A stretch of DNA of 64,000 nucleotides, taken from assembly GCA_951406725.2 (NCBI GenBank), contig OX597838.1:7626001-7690000 (forward strand). Reading direction: 5' to 3'. A model generated the notes under the pieces. The model saw only the letters and a program-made list of their open reading frames with translations, searched no databases and was not told the DNA's origin. Origin of the DNA: Octopus vulgaris (Eukaryota). The first letter of the stretch is position 1, and every line of letters starts with the position of its first letter. The position numbers and the translations under genes are program-made. Below are positions 56,231-64,000 of this stretch, piece after piece.

Positions 56231-56797
56231 TATATTTATGAGCGTGTGTGTGAATGTGTGTGCATGTATGTGTTATATTTATACATACATAATATATTTA
56301 TACGTATATGTATATATGTGCGTGTGTGAGAGTGTGCGTATGCATATGTACGTGTGTGTTTGTATGTGTGTGTGTGCGTGTGTGCAAGTACGCATCAGAA
56401 CCAGTTAATGTCAGAGCACCTGCGAATTTGTCTTTAGAATCCAAATGATTTCGATGCCTTCATATTTAATATAAGATTTATTAAAACATGAAAACAAATA
56501 TTTTCGGGATTTGCATTAACATGGATCCAAAATATGTAACTTTAGATTTATTCATGATGTTATTGTCGATGTATACATGCAGTACATACGTTAATTTGAA
56601 TAGAAAATGAAATACGTCTACATTATCCTCTAAAAATTTTCACGCCTCGCTTAACAGAAATTTGTATATAAAATATCGTGTTACTCACATTTCAATAAAC
56701 TTAAGTTGAAAGCAAAACAGAGCCGTTCAAACAGAAATGTGTAAAGTGATAATGTTCCAAATATTTGGAATATCGCCAAAATAATGTAAAGAAGTAC

Positions 56798-57152
56798 CTT
56801 TTCTTTTCTACTCGAGGCACAAGGACCTAAATTTCTGGGGGAGGGGCAGTCGATGATTTCAACTCCAGTACGCAACAGGTATTTAATTTATTGACCCCCG
56901 AAAGGATGAAAGGCAAAATTGACCTCGGCGGAATTTGAACTCAGAACGTAGCGACAGACGAATTACCTATTCCTTTACTACTCGCAAGGGGCTAAACACA
57001 GAGAGGATAAACAATGACAGACAAACGGATTAAGTCGATTATATTAACCCCAGTACGTATCTGTTACTTAAATTATCGACCCCAAAATGATAAAGGCAAA
57101 GTCGACCTCGGCGAAATTTGAGCTCACAACGTAACGACAGACGAAAAACCGC
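56798..57152 (-). mobile_element. SINE family A, unit + terminal unit, head truncated
   Basis: The GACCTCGGCG(G/A)AATTTGA block is duplicated about 180 bp apart. Confidence 0.85.
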
Positions 57153-57186
57153 TAGATAGATAGATAGACAGATAGATAGATAGATG

Positions 57187-57263
<77 letters not shown>

Positions 57264-57618
57264 GATAAATGGATAGATAGATAGAGAGAGAGAGAGAGAT
57301 CTTTTAATGGAAAGTTGAAGACGGTAGCGTAAAATGAAATGGGTTTTCTCTCAGACACAAGAATTTTGTAGTTAATGTATCGCTTTATAGACACTGGCAT
57401 TGTGGAGAATCATTATGTGGAGATTGTCTGTTGTGAACTTTCGGAACTCTTTTACATGGGAATTCCATTAGGTGAAGGAAATAACTACCAGCTGTGACTG
57501 GAGTTTGTTGCAGGAATCGGAATAGAACGCCATTTTAAATTCCGTACGACGTAACTGCTTTATAAACATCCAACGTTTCCAACTAAATACACACCTACAC
57601 ATCTCTCTATGTCTCTAT

Positions 57619-57676
<58 letters not shown>

Positions 57677-57687
57677 TACACACACAC

Positions 57688-57719
<32 letters not shown>

Positions 57720-57827
57720 TCATACACACTCACATATATATATATATTCATACACACATGTATATATATATATATGCCCGTATAAACTACATACATACAC
57801 ATTACACACTCACACTCACACACACAT

Positions 57828-57881
<54 letters not shown>

Positions 57882-58055
57882 CTGGATATTTATATATACC
57901 AGTGTTTAGCAGGATATCTTTTTATAAAGTAGGCGACTAGCTAGGAAATTCAAGGTGGTTATTCGTACGAATTTTAGGCACTCACATATACACACACGGA
58001 GACACACGCACGTACATGCAAAGCCATCTAGTGAATCCATATACATATACGTATG

Positions 58056-58201
<146 letters not shown>

Positions 58202-58257
58202 TATATGTATGTATGCATATGTATATATATATTCTATATATATATGTGAATATATAC

Positions 58258-58308
<51 letters not shown>

Positions 58309-58843
58309 ATATATTATAAATGTATATATATATATATATATATTATTTATACATAAAAGGAGTATAAGGAATGGAAAAAATTGTAGTTTTTGACGATATT
58401 TTTAATTCATAATCCAGGTTGGTACAGATCGAATATAAATTCTACAAGGAGTTTCGGAATCTAATTAAATTCAAAGATTACAACGAAAAAAACAAACTCT
58501 TCTTGAAATAAAAATTAGATTCTTAGTGAGAAATTACATATTGGTATGAATAATTATTGGCTTTGGGTGATCGAAGGTGTTCGATATTGCTGCCCTCTTT
58601 TGTGTTTCTGCCCGTGATGTAGGTTCATCTGGAACACTGGTCGTATATGTATGTATGTATGTATATGTCTCTGTATCCGTATGTACGTAAATATCTATGT
58701 AAATATAGAAAAGGTGTATATATACATATATATATACATATATATATACATATATACATATCCATATATATTCACTCTCATATAGATACATACGTATGTA
58801 TATCTATCTATCTATCTATCTATCAATATATATATATATGTAT

Positions 58844-58874
<31 letters not shown>

Positions 58875-58915
58875 TACACACACAATCACCTATATATATA
58901 GATACATACACATGC

Positions 58916-58971
<56 letters not shown>

Positions 58972-59039
58972 GCGCATATATAGCATGATAAGTAGTATTT
59001 CACGATATCTTACGAATGGTGTTTCAAAGTATTTGCAAA

Positions 59040-59407
59040 CATCCGATCATTAAAGAAGCAACAAGCTTTGATTAGAAGATGAAAGTTTATCGGCGTGAAT
59101 CTTGGAATAAAGTGGCATTCTACTCGCCCAGTGATCAGAAGTAACGGCGAGTTGGACGTTTACTGCTTTTACTGCGCAAGTCAGACATGTTCCATTAAAA
59201 ATTTCATTAACGTTAACTATGGGAAGCTGTTTTATATAGGAATCTATGTTTTGTTGAGGAAGTTCATGTCCGAAATAATTATTTTCTGTAGAGACATGTC
59301 AAGTTTACTGGGGCAACGTGACTTGCAGAATATACCAATTCTATTTTTGGTAGATATTGAACGTCATTAATGGAATAACCATGAAATTTAATTTGGCTGT
59401 GAAAGGG
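59040..59407. mobile_element. possible piggyBac-type element end
   Basis: Terminates in AAAGGG|TTAA. The left boundary is uncertain. Confidence 0.3.
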
Positions 59408-59651
59408 TTAAAAATACCACTTTTAAGTTGCTGAGATCTGCGATGTATCGGATTTGTTGGGATTCAACAGAGACACTGGTGTGTGTGTGTGATTACGTGT
59501 ATGTATATGTGTATGTGTTTGTATTTGCGTGTTTCTGTATCCGTGCGAGTGTGTGATATAATAATACAGGATGATTACAACGAGATTGATGCAGAGAGAA
59601 CAACTCGCGTTTTTGTGTAGATAGTATTAAATCAGTTAGATAGTACTAAAC

Positions 59652-60215
59652 CAGACATGAGCAAAATGCGGCCCGCGGGATTTTCTGCATGGCACGCCTA
59701 GAGAAAAACAACCTATTTCTTTACTACCCACAAGGGGCTAAACACAGAGAGGACAAACAAGGACAGACAAACGGATTAAGTCGATTATATCAACCCCAGT
59801 GCGTGACTGGTCTTTAATTTATCGACCCCGAAAGGATGAAAGGCAAAGTCGACCTCAGCGGAATTTGAACTCAGAACTTAACGGCAGACGAAATACCTAT
59901 TTCTTTACTACCCACAAGGGGCTAAACACAGAGAGGACAAAGAAGGACAGACAAACGGATTAAGTCGATTATATCGACCCCAGTGCATAACTGGTCCTTA
60001 ATTGATCGACCCCGAAAGGATGAAAGGCAAAGTCGACCTCAGCGGAATTTGAACTCAGAACGTAGCGGCAGACGAAATACCGATAAGCATTTCGCCGGGC
60101 GTGCTAACGATTCTGCCAGCTCGCCGCCTTTTCCTAGAGGAATATTACCTTAAACGTTTTTGCCTTATAATGACCCATGGCTCATGCGGCCCGCTCTTTG
60201 AAAACGTTGCCAATG
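59652..60215 (+). mobile_element. hAT (Charlie-like) MITE interrupted by SINE A
   Basis: Left end CAGACATGAGCAAAATGCGGCCCGCGGG; right end TGCGGCC..AAACGTTGCCAATG. Confidence 0.55.
59711..60131 (-). mobile_element. SINE family A with two tandem 184-bp units
   Basis: Units 59711-59894 and 59895-60078, then the head. TSD-like CCTAGAG at 59697-59703 and 60133-60139. Confidence 0.9.
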
Positions 60216-60778
60216 ATAATACTACATAATGGATCTTGTAACCCCCTTGAAATAGCAGAAATAGCAACCAAATTTTCTTCCAATTGCAGCCTATCAGCTT
60301 ACAAAATATGATGGACAAAACCAGCGATGTGGAGGCTACATAATCCTAGAAAAGAAATGTTGTGTCAAATAATCATACAAAAGAAAGTATCGAATTGTAT
60401 CTTCGGTCATTAAGAGACTCCAGGGAAAGTGTAACAATAATACAAGGATCAACAAAGACATAATGTCCTAATATTGTCAGTCGAGAGAAGTAGTAGACAA
60501 TGGTGTGTGTCGCGACACGTAGCAGTAATACGCTTCTAAATTTATATATTTACATCTTACAATAAAAAGCTGTATACACGGTTAGGGACAATGAAGGCTA
60601 AGATGGGCGTTAATATAGTTGGAGAGACAGAAAAGTAAAAATCGTATTGATTACTTATAAAATACCGTTCAATCACTCGCCTGTTCGATCAGAATTGACG
60701 CAGAGACTAAACAACAATGTAGAAAACAAAAATAGTAACACACAACAATAGCATCGGATATGTATGTATGTATATGTA

Positions 60779-60850
<72 letters not shown>

Positions 60851-60926
60851 GTGTGTGTGTGCATGTGCGTGCGTGTGTGTGTGTATAAATGCATGTATGT
60901 ATATATATGTACGTATATATATAGAC

Positions 60927-60986
<60 letters not shown>

Positions 60987-61192
60987 ACATATACATTTAC
61001 GCACACACAAATACACATCAAAATGTCTACCTTTGTATTATACTTATGGGTGTGTCTGAATTTGTGCATATATATATACTAACTATATATATATATACAC
61101 ATATATATATATATGTATATATATGTGTATGCATATATAGTTATATATATATATATATATATATATAGATCTATATATACATATATATGTCT

Positions 61193-61240
<48 letters not shown>

Positions 61241-61257
61241 GTATATGTATATATATA

Positions 61258-61296
<39 letters not shown>

Positions 61297-61992
61297 GCAT
61301 ATACATGTATAATAGTACAAAGATAGATATGTTATTGAGTTATGCAAGCGTTAAATATAAAAATAAAACAAATGCCAACGGTGCAACTCCACCATTTCGA
61401 CAGCGAATGTACAAGACAAAAGATGGCCGATACTAAATACACTAAAATACTCTTAGGCCGATACCTTTATGGGTTCGGTCTATGTAAATTGCGCGCCCTT
61501 TCAACATGAAATATAGATATAATTTCACTTCCTAATAGACTGGTAGACTAATATATCTGGTTTGTATTCCACACCATGTTTCACATTCAATAGAAAGTCT
61601 TGTGTAGCGCTGAGAAAATGGTTGACAACAGTTTCTTCATCGCATTAATTTTTTTTTTTGTCTTTCTTTTAGATTTTATTTTGCTCTTTAGCGAAACTCT
61701 AAAACCAAAACCAAAGAGAATTTATCGGCATTTATTCTCAAAAGCATACATCTTTTCAACCTCGGTTCTATTTATTTGTCACTTCTTTCAAATTCTCTAA
61801 AAGAAACACCAAAAATAGTGTTTGTTTTTAAGACAGAATGATACACACGGGGAACAACAATAAACAGACACTCGAACGCATTAAGACATCTATTGCCATA
61901 TCTATCTTACTTATCAATCAATCAATCTATCTATCTATCTATCTATCTATCTCTTTCTATATCTATATCTCTGTTCTATCTATGTATATCTG

Positions 61993-62120
<128 letters not shown>

Positions 62121-62306
62121 TTGATATATACACATATATACATATAGATACTAACATATATTTACATACACACAAATGTCTTACAAATCTCTCTTCTCCG
62201 TCCCCTTACACTTTCTCTCTCTCTCACTTTCTCTCTCTCACTCTCTCTCTCTCACTCTCTCTCTCTTGCTCTCTATCTGTCGATCTCAATATATCTACAT
62301 ATATAT

Positions 62307-62358
<52 letters not shown>

Positions 62359-62459
62359 CTCTACCAACTATCTAGCCTCTACAATCTCCGTGTATGCATC
62401 TGTATTTCCATCAATCTATTTTTGTGTTTAACCATTTAACTATGTTTCTACGTATAAGC

Positions 62460-62556
<97 letters not shown>

Positions 62557-62779
62557 GTAATTATCTACATCTGTATCTACGTTCCTTTCGACGTATACAC
62601 TGTAAAATAACTATATGTGTATATTCATGTATGTGTATATATATGTGTATGCATGTGTGTGTGTGTTTGTATGTATTTATATACTTATATATGAATGTAT
62701 ATATAGTTATATGTATATATTTATACATATGTATTCACACATAAGTACGAACACATATACACATATACATATATATATT

Positions 62780-62810
<31 letters not shown>

Positions 62811-63203
62811 ATACATACACGCACACACATATACATATATGTGTGTGTGGGTGTGTACGTACACCACACACACACGTTGGTTGATATATAGAAGATAAAG
62901 AAACAAAAGGCAGGGGGAAAGTGAGAGCCTGAGAGATTGAAAAAGGCATTGATAGATTTAGTGTCATGCGTATACTTTACCGCAAATAGATATCGATTAG
63001 TCAAGAATATTGATAAATCGTGCCCGTTGAAAACATTTACACACAAAACAAAAATAATAAAACAGCCAAAACAAAAAAATTCTAAAACAACTACAACAAC
63101 GACGGCAACAACAACAACACCAATAACAACAACCATAACCAGTATAACAATAAATTGAAAAAGACAAAGAATATAACGCAATAAAAAAGAAGGGCTGCTG
63201 TCC

Positions 63204-63240
<37 letters not shown>

Positions 63241-63553
63241 ACAAAAAGACTTCTATAGACAAGGACGAATATCACAGAGCATACAAAGGAACGTATGCAC
63301 ACATGAACAGATGCATACGCATATAGATTAAACCACAGACTCGTATTCGTACAAACCACAGACATACGGAACGGTATTCCTGCCGTAAACATGCAGAACG
63401 ACCATTAGCAAAGATATACAAAAAGGAGCGTATGAGGTAAAAAAGACAAAGATAAAAGCAAAGAAGCGAGGCATTACACTACACATTTACAAATACATGC
63501 GGCTATATGTGTGCATGTGTGTATACATACATACATACATACATATGTATATA

Positions 63554-63608
<55 letters not shown>

Positions 63609-63771
63609 ATGTATATGGATATATGTCTCTCTCTCTCTATATATATATAAACATACATACATTTGTACATACATACATATCTATATATATATACATAGAT
63701 ATATACATATATATATACATATATATACATATATATACATATATATATTTGTACATATTTATATATGTACC

Positions 63772-63804
<33 letters not shown>

Positions 63805-64000
63805 TTTATATATTTATATATATTTACATATATTTATTTATATATATATATAAATTATATATATTTATCTATATATCTATATATATATATACATGTATAC
63901 ATATATTTGTGTGTTCATATACATATGTATATACGTAAATGTGTATGTTTGTATATGAGTATATATATATATATATATATATATATGCGAAATAATTGTT

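Noticed and set aside
58435-58480. Hammerhead-like stem-GAAAC-GUA on the minus strand
   Set aside because: No CUGANGA box or stem I partner upstream.

Overview
AT-rich animal genomic DNA, extremely dense in microsatellites. The tRNA-derived SINE families and repeat landscape suggest an octopus (coleoid cephalopod); this is inferred, not database-checked. Nearly all ORFs in the supplied track are microsatellite translation artefacts. One good internal coding exon lies on the minus strand (2467-2736, AG/GT-bounded, phase 0-0), with a possible CpG-rich 5' exon about 50 kb upstream (52259-52640), so most of the window may be intron. The rest is mobile DNA: three SINE families, LINE fragments (RTE, CR1/L2, Tx1/L1, Dong/R4), Penelope-like element (PLE) remnants, mariner/Tc1, pogo/Tigger, hAT and piggyBac-like pieces, and a Helitron. 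Most notable: (1) two near-perfect inverted repeats (173-bp and ~550-bp arms) carrying minimal hammerhead ribozyme motifs, one canonical and one with a U3:A8 core, plus a third non-canonical hammerhead-like family; (2) a Tx1-like LINE that abuts (GATA)n in both copies, one with an apparently very long target duplication; (3) apparent partitioning of microsatellite targets among retroelements; (4) a 124-bp satellite built from a Tigger-type terminus; (5) an unexplained core flanked by (TG)n and (CA)n arms, present twice in opposite orientation.
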